Source: Auanema rhodensis
Lineage: Eukaryota > Animalia > Nematoda
NCBI GenBank assembly: GCA_964057225.1
Contig: OZ059894.1
Location: forward strand, 1,116,001 to 1,180,000
Direction of reading: 5' to 3'
Length of the DNA stretch: 64,000 nt
In this document: positions 23,861-37,700 of the stretch, one piece after another
How the letters are laid out: each line of letters opens with the position of its first letter
Position numbering within the stretch: the first letter of the stretch is position 1
Made by a program: the position numbers and the translations under genes
The notes under the pieces: generated by a model
The model's input: the letters and a program-made list of their open reading frames with translations, nothing else
Database searches by the model: none
What the model was told of the DNA's origin: nothing

Positions 23861-26800
23861 CGACGCAGCTTAAAAATCCGCATCGAATGCACTATACTAC
23901 ATTGAGAAACGCTTGATACAAAAATTAGTTATGATCGTTTGAAAAATGATGCATTAGTGTATGTTGAGTTTCCATGTACACTCAACATTGCTTCCAAAAA
24001 CATTTTGACAAAAATTTTTTCAAAAAATTTCAAAATAATTTAGCAAAAAGTAGATGTTTTTAGATTTCTTTTTTCAAGGCAAACACGATGGACAATGTTT
24101 TTCAACGAAAAAATTAATTCTTCAGGGTGAAAATCGAGGATATAAGTGTGAACTTATATCAGTTGATATCTCGGTGCATTTTTAAGCTAGCGCAAATCTG
24201 ATACCACAGATCGACGCAGCTTAAAAATTCGCATCGAATGCACTATACTACATTGAGAAACGCTTAATACAAAAATTAGTTATGATCGTTTGAAAAATGA
24301 TGCATTAGTGTATGTTGAGTTTCCATGTACACTCAACATTGCTTCCAAAAACATTTTGACAAAAATTTTTTCAAAAAATTTCAAAATAATTTAGCAAAAA
24401 GTAGATGTTTTTAGATTTCTTTTTTCAAGTCAAACACGATGGACAATGTTTTTCAACGAAAAAATTAATTCTTCAGGGTGAAAATCGAGGATATAAGTGT
24501 GAAATTATATCAGTTGATATCTCGGTGCATTTTTAAGCTAGCGCAAATCTGATAACAAAGATCGACGCAGCTTAAAAATTCGCATCGAATGCACTATACT
24601 ACATTGAGAAACGCTTTATACAAAAATTAGTTATCATCGTTTGAAAAATGATGCATTAGTGTATGTTGAGTTTCCATGTACACTCAACATTGCTTCCAAA
24701 AACATTTTGACAAAAATTTTTTCAAAAAATTTCAAAATAATTTAGCAAAAAGTAGATGTTTTTAGATTCCTTTTTTCAAGGCAAAGACGATGGACAATGT
24801 TATTCATCGAAAAAATTAATTCTTCAGGGTGAAAATCGAGGATATAAGTGTGAACTTATATCAGTTGATATCTCGGTGCATTTTTAAGCTAGCGCAAATC
24901 TGATAACACGGATCGACGCAGCTTAAAAATCCGCATCGAATGCTTTATACTACATCGAGAAACACTTAATACAAAAATTAGTTATGATCGTTTGAAAAAT
25001 GATGCATTAGTGTATGTTGAGTTTCCATGTACACTCAACATTGCTTCCAAAAACATTTTGACAAAAATTTTTTCAAAAAATTTCAAAAAAATTTAGCAAA
25101 AAGTAGATGTTTTTAGATTCCTTTTTTCAAGGCAAAGACGATGGACAATGTTTTTCAACGAAAAAATTAATTCTTCAGGGTGAAAATCGAGGATATAAGT
25201 GTGAACTTATATCAGTTGATATCTCGGTGCATTTTTAAGCTAGCGCAAATCTGATAACACAGATCGACGCAGCTTAAAAATCCGCATCGAATGCACTATA
25301 CTACATTGAGAAACGCTTTATACAAAAATTAGTTATCATCGTTTGAAAAATGATGCATTAGTGTATGTTGAGTTTCCATGTACACTCAACATTGCTTCCA
25401 AAAACATTTTGACAAAAATTTTTTCAAAAAATTTCAAAATAATTTAGCAAAAAGTAGATGTTTTTAGATTCCTTTTTTCAAGGCAAAGACGATGGACATT
25501 GTTTTTCAACGAAAAAATTAATTCTTCAGGGTGAAAATCGAGGATATAAGTGTGAACTTATATCAGTTGATATCTCGGTGCATTTTTAAGCTAGCGCAAA
25601 TCTGATAACACAGATCGACGCAGCTTAAAAATCCGCATCGAATGCACTATACTACATTGAAAAACGCTTTATACAAAAATTAGTTATGATCGTTTGAAAA
25701 ATGATGCATTAGTGTATGTTGAGTTTCCATGTACACTCAACATTGCTTCCAAAAACATTTTGACAAAAGTTTTTTCAAAAAATTTCAAAATAATTTAGCA
25801 AAAAGTAGATGTTTTTAGATTCCTTTTTTCAAGGCAAAGACGATGGACAATGTTATTCATCGAAAAAATTAATTCTTCAGGGTGAAAATCGAGGATATAA
25901 GTGTGAACTTATATCAGTTGATATCTCGGTGCATTTTTAAGCTAGCGCAAATCTGATAACACGGATCGACGCAGCTTGAAAATCCGCATCGAATGCACTA
26001 TACTACATTAAGAAACCCTTAATACAAAAATTAGTTATGATCGTTTGAAAAATGATGCATTAGTGTATGTTGAGTTTCCATGTACACTCAACATTGCTTC
26101 CAAAAACATTTTGACAAAAATTTTTTCAAAAAATTTCAAAATAATTTAGCAAAAAGTAGATGTTTTTAGATTCCTTTTTTCAAGGCAAAGACGATGGACA
26201 ATGTTATTCATCGAAAAAATTAATTCTTCAGGGTGAAAATCGAGGATATAAGTGTGAACTTATATCAGTTGATATCTCGGTGCATTTTTAAGCTAGCGCA
26301 AATCTGATACCACAGATCGACGCAGCTTAAAAATCCGCATCGAATGCACTATACTACATTGAGAAACGCTTGATACAAAAATTAGTTATGATCGTTTGAA
26401 AAATGATGCATTAGTGTATGTTGAGTTTCCATGTACACTCAACATTGCTTCCAAAAACATTTTGACAAAAATTTTTTCAAAAAATTTCAAAATAATTTAG
26501 CAAAAAGTAGATGTTTTTAGATTTCTTTTTTCAAGGCAAACACGATGGACAATGTTTTTCAACGAAAAAATTAATTCTTCAGGGTGAAAATCGAGGATAT
26601 AAGTGTGAACTTATATCAGTTGATATCTCGGTGCATTTTTAAGCTAGCGCAAATCTGATACCACAGATCGACGCAGCTTAAAAATTCGCATCGAATGCAC
26701 TATACTACATTGAGAAACGCTTAATACAAAAATTAGTTATGATCGTTTGAAAAATGATGCATTAGTGTATGTTGAGTTTCCATGTACACTCAACATTGCT

Positions 26801-28774
26801 TCCAAAAACATTTTGACAAAAATTTTTTCAAAAAATTTCAAAATAATTTAGCAAAAAGTAGATGTTTTTAGATTTCTTTTTTCAAGGCAAACACGATGGA
26901 CAATGTTTTTCAACGAAAAAATTAATTCTTCAGGGTGAAAATCGAGGATATAAGTGTGAAATTATATCAGTTGATATCTCGGTGCATTTTTAAGCTAGCG
27001 CAAATCTGATAACAAAGATCGACGCAGCTTAAAAATTCGCATCGAATGCACTATACTACATTGAGAAACGCTTCATACAAAAATTAGTTATCATCGTTTG
27101 AAAAATGATGCATTAGTGTATGTTGAGTTTCCATGTACACTCAACATTGCTTCCAAAAACATTTTGACAAAAATTTTTTCAAAAAATTTCAAAATAATTT
27201 AGCAAAAAGTAGATGTTTTTAGTTTCCTTTTTTCAAGGCAAAGACGATGGACAATGTTATTCATCGAAAAAATTAATTCTTCAGGGTGAAAATCGAGGAT
27301 ATAAGTGTGAACTTATATCAGTTGATATCTCGGTGCATTTTTAAGCTAGCGCAAATCTGATAACACGGATCGACGCAGCTTAAAAATCCGCATCGAATGC
27401 TTTATACTACATCGAGAAACACTTAATACAAAAATTAGTTATGATCGTTTGAAAAATGATGCATTAGTGTATGTTGAGTTTCCATGTACACTCAACATTG
27501 CTTCCAAAAACATTTTGACAAAAATTTTTTCAAAAAATTTCAAAAAAATTTAGCAAAAAGTAGATGTTTTTAGATTCCTTTTTTCAAGGCAAAGACGATG
27601 GACAATGTTTTTCAACGAAAAAATTAATTCTTCAGGGTGAAAATCGAGGATATAAGTGTGAACTTATATCAGTTGATATCTCGGTGCATTTTTAAGCTAG
27701 CGCAAATCTGATAACACAGATCGACGCAGCTTAAAAATCCGCATCGAATGCACTATACTACATTGAGAAACGCTTTATACAAAAATTAGTTATCATCGTT
27801 TGAAAAATGATGCATTAGTGTATGTTGAGTTTCCATGTACACTCAACATTGCTTCCAAAAACATTTTGACAAAAATTTTTTCAAAAAATTTCAAAATAAT
27901 TTAGCAAAAAGTAGATGTTTTTAGATTCCTTTTTTCAAGGCAAAGACGATGGACAATGTTTTTCAACGAAAAAATTAATTCTTCAGGGTGAAAATCGAGG
28001 ATATAAGTGTGAACTTATATCAGTTGATATCTCGGTGCATTTTTAAGCTAGCGCAAATCTGATAACACAGATCGACGCAGCTTAAAAATCCGCATCGAAT
28101 GCACTATACTACATTGAAAAACGCTTTATACAAAAATTAGTTATGATCGTTTGAAAAATGATGCATTAGTGTATGTTGAGTTTCCATGTACACTCAACAT
28201 TGCTTCCAAAAACATTTTGACAAAAATTTTTTCAAAAAATTTCAAAATAATTTAGCAAAAAGTAGATGTTTTTAGATTCCTTTTTTCAAGGCAAAGACGA
28301 TGGACAATGTTATTCATCGAAAAAATTAATTCTTCAGGGTGAAAATCGAGGATATAAGTGTGAACTTATATCAGTTGATATCTCGGTGCATTTTTAAGCT
28401 AGCGCAAATCTGATAACACGGATCGACGCAGCTTGAAAATCCGCATCGAATGCACTATACTACATTAAGAAACCCTTAATACAAAAATTAGTTATGATCG
28501 TTTGAAAAATGATGCATTAGTGTATGTTGAGTTTCCATGTACACTCAACATTGCTTCCAAAAACATTTTGACAAAAATTTTTTCAAAAAATTTCAAAATA
28601 ATTTAGCAAAAAGTAGATGTTTTTAGATTCCTTTTTTCAAGGCAAAGACGATGGACAATGTTATTCATCGAAAAAATTAATTCTTCAGGGTGAAAATCGA
28701 GGATATAAGTGTGAACTTATATCAGTTGATATCTCGGTGCATTTTTAAGCTAGCGCAAATCTGATAACACGGAT
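23861..28774. repeat. Tandem duplication of a 7-monomer block (2457 bp x 2)
   Basis: The same order of variant monomers occurs in 23861-26317 and 26318-28774, including the private CATCGAGAAACACTT variant (monomers at 24914 and 27371, 2457 bp apart). Confidence 0.85.
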
Positions 28775-31700
28775 CGACGCAGCTTGAAAATCCGCATCGA
28801 ATGCACTATACTACATTAAGAAACCCTTAATACAAAAATTAGTTATGATCGTTTGAAAAATGATGCATTAGTGTATGTTGAGTTTCCATGTACACTCAAC
28901 ATTGCTTCCAAAAACATTTTGACAAAAATTTTTTCAAAAAATTTCAAAATAATTTAGCAAAAAGTAGATGTTTTTAGATTCCTTTTTTCAAGGCAAAGAC
29001 GATGGACAATGTTTTTCAACGAAAAAATTAATTCTTCAGGGTGAAAATCGAGGATATAAGTGTGAACTTATATCAGTTGATATCTCGGTGCATTTTTAAG
29101 CTAGCGCAAATCTGATAACACAGATCGACGCAGCTTAAAAATCCGCATCGAATGCACTATACTACATTGAAAAACGCTTTATACAAAAATTAGTTATGAT
29201 CGTTTGAAAAATGATGCATTAGTGTATGTTGAGTTTCCATGTACACTCAACATTGCTTCCAAAAACATTTTGACAAAAATTTTTTCAAAAAATTTCAAAA
29301 TAATTTAGCAAAAAGTAGATGTTTTTAGATTCCTTTTTTCAAGGCAAAGACGATGGACAATGTTATTCATCGAAAAAATTAATTCTTCAGGGTGAAAATC
29401 GAGGATATAAGTGTGAACTTATATCAGTTGATATCTCGGTGCATTTTTAAGCTAGCGCAAATCTGATAACACGGATCGACGCAGCTTGAAAATCCGCATC
29501 GAATGCACTATACTACATTGAAAAACGCTTTATACAAAAATTAGTTATGATCGTTTGAAAAATGATGCATTAGTGTATGTTGAGTTTCCATGTACACTCA
29601 ACATTGCTTCCAAAAACATTTTGACAAAAATTTTTTCAAAAAATTTCAAAATAATTTAGCAAAAAGTAGATGTTTTTAGATTCCTTTTTTCAAGGCAAAG
29701 ACGATGGACAATGTTATTCATCGAAAAAATTAATTCTTCAGGGTGAAAATCGAGGATATAAGTGTGAACTTATATCAGTTGATATCTCGGTGCATTTTTA
29801 AGCTAGCGCAAATCTGATAACACGGATCGACGCAGCTTGAAAATCCGCATCGAATGCACTATACTACATTGAAAAACGCTTTATACAAAAATTAGTTATG
29901 ATCGTTTGAAAAATGATGCATTAGTGTATGTTGAGTTTCCATGTACACTCAACATTGCTTCCAAAAACATTTTGACAAAAATTTTTTCAAAAAATTTCAA
30001 AATAATTTAGCAAAAAGTAGATGTTTTTAGATTCCTTTTTTCAAGGCAAAGACGATGGACAATGTTATTCATCGAAAAAATTAATTCTTCAGGGTGAAAA
30101 TCGAGGATATAAGTGTGAACTTATATCAGTTGATATCTCGGTGCATTTTTAAGCTAGCGCAAATCTGATAACACGGATCGACGCAGCTTGAAAATCCGCA
30201 TCGAATGCACTATACTACATTAAGAAACCCTTAATACAAAAATTAGTTATGATCGTTTGAAAAATGATGCATTAGTGTATGTTGAGTTTCCATGTACACT
30301 CAACATTGCTTCCAAAAACATTTTGACAAAAATTTTTTCGAAAAATTTCAAAATAATTTAGCAAAAAGTAGATGTTTTTAGATTCCTTTTTTCAAGGCAA
30401 AGACGATGGACAATGTTTTTCAACGAAAAAATTAATTTTTCAGGGTGAAAATCGAGGATATAAGTGTGAACTTATATCAGTTGATATCTCGGTGCATTTT
30501 TAAGCTAGCGCAAATCTGATAACACGGATCGACGCAGCTTGAAAATCCGCATCGAATGCACTATACTACATTGAGAAACGCTTAATACAAAAATTAGTTA
30601 TGATCGTTTGAAAAATGATGCATTAGTGTATGTTGAGTTTCCATGTACACTCAACATTGCTTCCAAAAACATTTTGACAAAAATTTTTTCGAAAAATTTC
30701 AAAATAATTTAGCAAACAGTAGATGTTTTTAGATTCCTTTTTTCAAGGCAAAGACGATGGACAATGTTTTTCAACGAAAAAATTAATTCTTCAGGGTGAA
30801 AATCGAGGATATAAGTGTGAACTTATATCAGTTGATATCTCGGTGCATTTTTAAGCTAGCGCAAATCTGATAACACAGATCGACGCAGCTTAAAAATCCG
30901 CATCGAATGCACTATACTACATTGAGAAACGCTTTATACAAAAATTAGTTATGATCGTTTGAAAAATGATGCATTAGTGTATGTTGAGTTTCCATGTACA
31001 CTCAACATTGCTTCCAAAAACATTTTGACAAAAATTTTTTCAAAAAATTTCAAAATAATTTAGCAAAAAGTAGATGTTTTTAGATTCCTTTTTTCAAGGC
31101 AAAGACGATGGACAATGTTATTCATCGAAAAAATTAATTCTTCAGGGTGAAAATCGAGGATATAAGTGTGAACTTATATCAGTTGATATCTCGGTGCATT
31201 TTTAAGCTAGCGCAAATCTGATAACACGGATCGACGCAGCTTGAAAATCCGCATCGAATGCACTATACTACATTAAGAAACCCTTAATACAAAAATTAGT
31301 TATGATCGTTTGAAAAATGATGCATTAGTGTATGTTGAGTTTCCATGTACACTCAACATTGCTTCCAAAAACATTTTGACAAAAATTTTTTCGAAAAATT
31401 TCAAAATAATTTAGCAAAAAGTAGATGTTTTTAGATTCCTTTTTTCAAGGCAAAGACGATGGACAATGTTTTTCAACGAAAAAATTAATTTTTCAGGGTG
31501 AAAATCGAGGATATAAGTGTGAACTTATATCAGTTGATATCTCGGTGCATTTTTAAGCTAGCGCAAATCTGATAACACGGATCGACGCAGCTTGAAAATC
31601 CGCATCGAATGCACTATACTACATTGAGAAACGCTTAATACAAAAATTAGTTATGATCGTTTGAAAAATGATGCATTAGTGTATGTTGAGTTTCCATGTA

Positions 31701-34700
31701 CACTCAACATTGCTTCCAAAAACATTTTGACAAAAATTTTTTCGAAAAATTTCAAAATAATTTAGCAAACAGTAGATGTTTTTAGATTCCTTTTTTCAAG
31801 GCAAAGACGATGGACAATGTTTTTCAACGAAAAAATTAATTCTTCAGGGTGAAAATCGAGGATATAAGTGTGAACTTATATCAGTTGATATCTCGGTGCA
31901 TTTTTAAGCTAGCGCAAATCTGATAACACAGATCGACGCAGCTTAAAAATCCGCATCGAATGCACTATACTACATTGAGAAACGCTTTATACAAAAATTA
32001 GTTATGATCGTTTGAAAAATGATGCATTAGTGTATGTTGAGTTTCCATGTACACTCAACATTGCTTCCAAAAACATTTTGACAAAAATTTTTTCGAAAAA
32101 TTTCAAAATAATTTAGCAAAAAGTAGATGTTTTTAGATTCCTTTTTTCAAGGCAAAGACGATGGACAATGTTTTTCAACGAAAAAATTAATTCTTCAGGG
32201 TGAAAATCGAGGATATAAGTGTGAACTTATATCAGTTGATATCTCGGTGCATTTTTAAGCTAGCGCAAATCTGATAACACAGATCGACGCAGCTTAAAAA
32301 TCCGCATCGAATGCACTATACTACATTGAGAAACGCTCTATACAAAAACTAGTTATGATCGTTTGAAAAATGATGCATTAGTGTATGTTGAGTTTCCATG
32401 TACACTCAACATTGCTTCCAAAAACATTTTGACAAAAATTTTTTCAAAAAATTTCAAAATAATTTAGCAAAAAGTAGATGTTTTTAGATTCCTTTTTTCA
32501 AGGCAAAGACGATGGACAATGTTATTCATCGAAAAAATTAATTCTTCAGGGTGAAAATCGAGGATATAAATGTGAACTTATATCAGTTGATATCTCGGTG
32601 CATTTTTAAGCTAGCGCAAATCTGATACCACAGATCGACGCAGCTTAAAAATTCGCATCGAATGCACTATACTACATTGAGAAACGCTTAATACAAAAAT
32701 TAGTTATGATCGTTTGAAAAATGATGCATTAGTGTATGTTGAGTTTCCATGTACACTCAACATTGCTTCCAAAAACATTTTGACAAAAATTTTTTCAAAA
32801 AATTTCAAAATAATTTAGCAAAAAGTAGATGTTTTTAGATTTCTTTTTTCAAGGCAAACACGATGGACAATGTTTTTCAACGAAAAAATTAATTCTTCAG
32901 GGTGAAAATCGAGGATATAAGTGTGAAATTATATCAGTTGATATCTCGGTGCATTTTTAAGCTAGCGCAAATCTGATAACAAAGATCGACGCAGCTTAAA
33001 AATCCGCATTGAATGCACTATACTACATTGAGAAACGCTCAATACAAAAATTAGTTATGATCGTTTGAAAAATGATGCATTAGTGTATGTTGAGTTTCCA
33101 TGTACACTCAACATTGCTTCCAAAAACATTTTGACAAAAATTTTTTCAAAAAATTTCAAAATAATTTAGCAAAAAGTAGATGTTTTTAGATTCCTTTTTT
33201 CAAGGCAAAGACGATGGACAATGTTATTCATCGAAAAAATTAATTCTTCAGGGTGAAAATCGAGGATATAAGTGTGAACTTATATCAGTTGATATCTCGG
33301 TGCATTTTTAAGCTAGCGCAAATCTGATACCACAGATCGACGCAGCTTAAAAATTCGCATCGAATGCACTATACTACATTGAGAAACGCTTAATACAAAA
33401 ACTAGTTATGATCGTTTGAAAAATGATGCATTAGTGTATGTTGAGTTTCCATGTACACTCAACATTGCTTCCAAAAACATTTTGACAAAAATTTTTTCAA
33501 AAAATTTCAAAATAATTTAGCAAAAAGTAGATGTTTTTAGATTTCTTTTTCCAAGGCAAACACGATGGACAATGTTTTTCAACGAAAAAATTAATTCTTC
33601 AGGGTGAAAATCGAGGATATAAGTGTGAAATTATATCAGTTGATATCTCGGTGCATTTTTAAGCTAGCGCAAATCTGATAACAAAGATCGACGCAGCTTA
33701 AAAATCCGCATTGAATGCACTATACTACATTGAGAAACGCTCAATACAAAAATTAGTTATGATCGTTTGAAAAATGATGCATTAGTGTATGTTGAGTTTC
33801 CATGTACACTCAACATTGCTTCCAAAAACATTTTGACAAAAATTTTTTCAAAAAATTTCAAAATAATTTAGCAAAAAGTAGATGTTTTTAGATTCCTTTT
33901 TTCAAGGCAAAGACGATGGACAATGTTATTCATCGAAAAAATTAATTCTTCAGGGTGAAAATCGAGGATATAAGTGTGAACTTATATCAGTTGATATCTC
34001 GGTGCATTTTTAAGCTAGCGCAAATCTGATACCACAGATCGACGCAGCTTAAAAATCCGCATCGAATGCACTATACTACATTGAGAAACGCTTGATACAA
34101 AAATTAGTTATGATCGTTTGAAAAATGATGCATTAGTGTATGTTGAGTTTCCATGTACACTCAACATTGCTTCCAAAAACATTTTGACAAAAATTTTTTC
34201 AAAAAATTTCAAAATAATTTAGCAAAAAGTAGATGTTTTTAGATTTCTTTTTTCAAGGCAAACACGATAGACAATGTTTTTCAACGAAAAAATTAATTCT
34301 TCAGGGTGAAAATCGAGGATATAAGTGTGAACTTATATCAGTTGATATCTCGGTGCATTTTTAAGCTAGCGCAAATCTGATACCACAGATCGACGCAGCT
34401 TGAAAATCCGCATCGAATGCACTATACTACATTAAGAAACCCTTAATACAAAAATTAGTTATGATCGTTTGAAAAATGATGCATTAGTGTATGTTGAGTT
34501 TCCATGTACACTCAACATTGCTTCCAAAAACATTTTGACAAAAATTTTTTCAAAAAATTTCAAAATAATTTAGCAAAAAGTAGATGTTTTTAGATTTCTT
34601 TTTCCAAGGCAAACACGATGGACAATGTTTTTCAACGAAAAAATTAATTCTTCAGGGTGAAAATCGAGGATATAAGTGTGAAATTATATCAGTTGATATC

Positions 34701-37700
34701 TCGGTGCATTTTTAAGCTAGCGCAAATCTGATAACAAAGATCGACGCAGCTTAAAAATCCGCATTGAATGCACTATACTACATTGAGAAACGCTCAATAC
34801 AAAAATTAGTTATGATCGTTTGAAAAATGATGCATTAGTGTATGTTGAGTTTCCATGTACACTCAACATTGCTTCCAAAAACATTTTGACAAAAATTTTT
34901 TCAAAAAATTTCAAAATAATTTAGCAAAAAGTAGATGTTTTTAGATTCCTTTTTTCAAGGCAAAGACGATGGACAATGTTATTCATCGAAAAAATTAATT
35001 CTTCAGGGTGAAAATCGAGGATATAAGTGTGAACTTATATCAGTTGATATCTCGGTGCATTTTTAAGCTAGCGCAAATCTGATACCACAGATCGACGCAG
35101 CTTAAAAATCCGCATCGAATGCACTATACTACATTGAGAAACGCTTGATACAAAAATTAGTTATGATCGTTTGAAAAATGATGCATTAGTGTATGTTGAG
35201 TTTCCATGTACACTCAACATTGCTTCCAAAAACATTTTGACAAAAATTTTTTCAAAAAATTTCAAAATAATTTAGCAAAAAGTAGATGTTTTTAGATTTC
35301 TTTTTTCAAGGCAAACACGATAGACAATGTTTTTCAACGAAAAAATTAATTCTTCAGGGTGAAAATCGAGGATATAAGTGTGAACTTATATCAGTTGATA
35401 TCTCGGTGCATTTTTAAGCTAGCGCAAATCTGATACCACAGATCGACGCAGCTTAAAAGTTCGCATCGAATGCACTATACTACATTGAGAAACGCTTAAT
35501 ACAAAAATTAGTTATGATCGTTTGAAAAATGATGCATTAGTGTATGTTGAGTTTCCATGTACACTCAACATTGCTTCCAAAAACATTTTGACAAAAATTT
35601 TTTCAAAAAATTTCAAAATAATTTAGCAAAAAGTAGATGTTTTTAGATTTCTTTTTTCAAGGCAAACACGATGGACAATGTTTTTCAACGAAAAAATTAA
35701 TTCTTCAGGGTGAAAATCGAGGATATAAGTGTGAAATTATATCAGTTGATATCTCGGTGCATTTTTAAGCTAGCGCAAATCTGATAACAAAGATCGACGC
35801 AGCTTAAAAATCCGCATTGAATGCACTATACTACATTGAGAAACGCTCAATACAAAAATTAGTTATGATCGTTTGAAAAATGATGCATTAGTGTATGTTG
35901 AGTTTCCATGTACACTCAACATTGCTTCCAAAAACATTTTGACAAAAATTTTTTCAAAAAATTTCAAAATAATTTAGCAAAAAGTAGATGTTTTTAGATT
36001 CCTTTTTTCAAGGCAAAGACGATGGACAATGTTATTCATCGAAAAAATTAATTCTTCAGGGTGAAAATCGAGGATATAAGTGTGAACTTATATCAGTTGA
36101 TATCTCGGTGCATTTTTAAGCTAGCGCAAATCTGATACCACAGATCGACGCAGCTTAAAAATTCGCATCGAATGCACTATACTACATTGAGAAACGCTTA
36201 ATACAAAAATTAGTTATGATCGTTTGAAAAATGATGCATTAGTGTATGTTGAGTTTCCATGTACACTCAACATTGCTTCCAAAAACATTTTGACAAAAAT
36301 TTTTTGAAAAAATTTCAAAATAATTTAGCAAAAAGTAGATGTTTTTAGATTTCTTTTTTCAAGGCAAACACGATGGACAATGTTTTTCAACGAAAAAATT
36401 AATTCTTCAGGGTGAAAATCGAGGATATAAGTGTGAAATTATATCAGTTGATATCTCGGTGCATTTTTAAGCTAGCGCAAATCTGATAACAAAGATCGAC
36501 GCAGCTTAAAAATCCGCATTGAATGCACTATACTACATTGAGAAACGCTCAATACAAAAATTAGTTATGATCGTTTGAAAAATGATGCATTAGTGTATGT
36601 TGAGTTTCCATGTACACTCAACATTGCTTCCAAAAACATTTTGACAAAAATTTTTTCAAAAAATTTCAAAATAATTTAGCAAAAAGTAGATGTTTTTAGA
36701 TTCCTTTTTTCAAGGCAAAGACGATGGACAATGTTATTCATCGAAAAAATTAATTCTTCAGGGTGAAAATCGAGGATATAAGTGTGAACTTATATCAGTT
36801 GATATCTCGGTGCATTTTTAAGCTAGCGCAAATCTGATACCACAGATCGACGCAGCTTAAAAATCCGCATCGAATGCACTATACTACATTGAGAAACGCT
36901 TGATACAAAAATTAGTTATGATCGTTTGAAAAATGATGCATTAGTGTATGTTGAGTTTCCATGTACACTCAACATTGCTTCCAAAAACATTTTGACAAAA
37001 ATTTTTTCAAAAAATTTCAAAATAATTTAGCAAAAAGTAGATGTTTTTAGATTTCTTTTTTCAAGGCAAACACGATGGACAATGTTTTTCAACGAAAAAA
37101 TTAATTCTTCAGGGTGAAAATCGAGGATATAAGTGTGAACTTATATCAGTTGATATCTCGGTGCATTTTTAAGCTAGCGCAAATCTGATACCACAGATCG
37201 ACGCAGCTTAAAAGTTCGCATCGAATGCACTATACTACATTGAGAAACGCTTAATACAAAAATTAGTTATGATCGTTTGAAAAATGATGCATTAGTGTAT
37301 GTTGAGTTTCCATGTACACTCAACATTGCTTCCAAAAACATTTTGACAAAAATTTTTTCAAAAAATTTCAAAATAATTTAGCAAAAAGTAGATGTTTTTA
37401 GATTTCTTTTTTCAAGGCAAACACGATGGACAATGTTTTTCAACGAAAAAATTAATTCTTCAGGGTGAAAATCGAGGATATAAGTGTGAAATTATATCAG
37501 TTGATATCTCGGTGCATTTTTAAGCTAGCGCAAATCTGATAACAAAGATCGACGCAGCTTAAAAATCCGCATTGAATGCACTATACTACATTGAGAAACG
37601 CTCAATACAAAAATTAGTTATGATCGTTTGAAAAATGATGCATTAGTGTATGTTGAGTTTCCATGTACACTCAACATTGCTTCCAAAAACATTTTGACAA

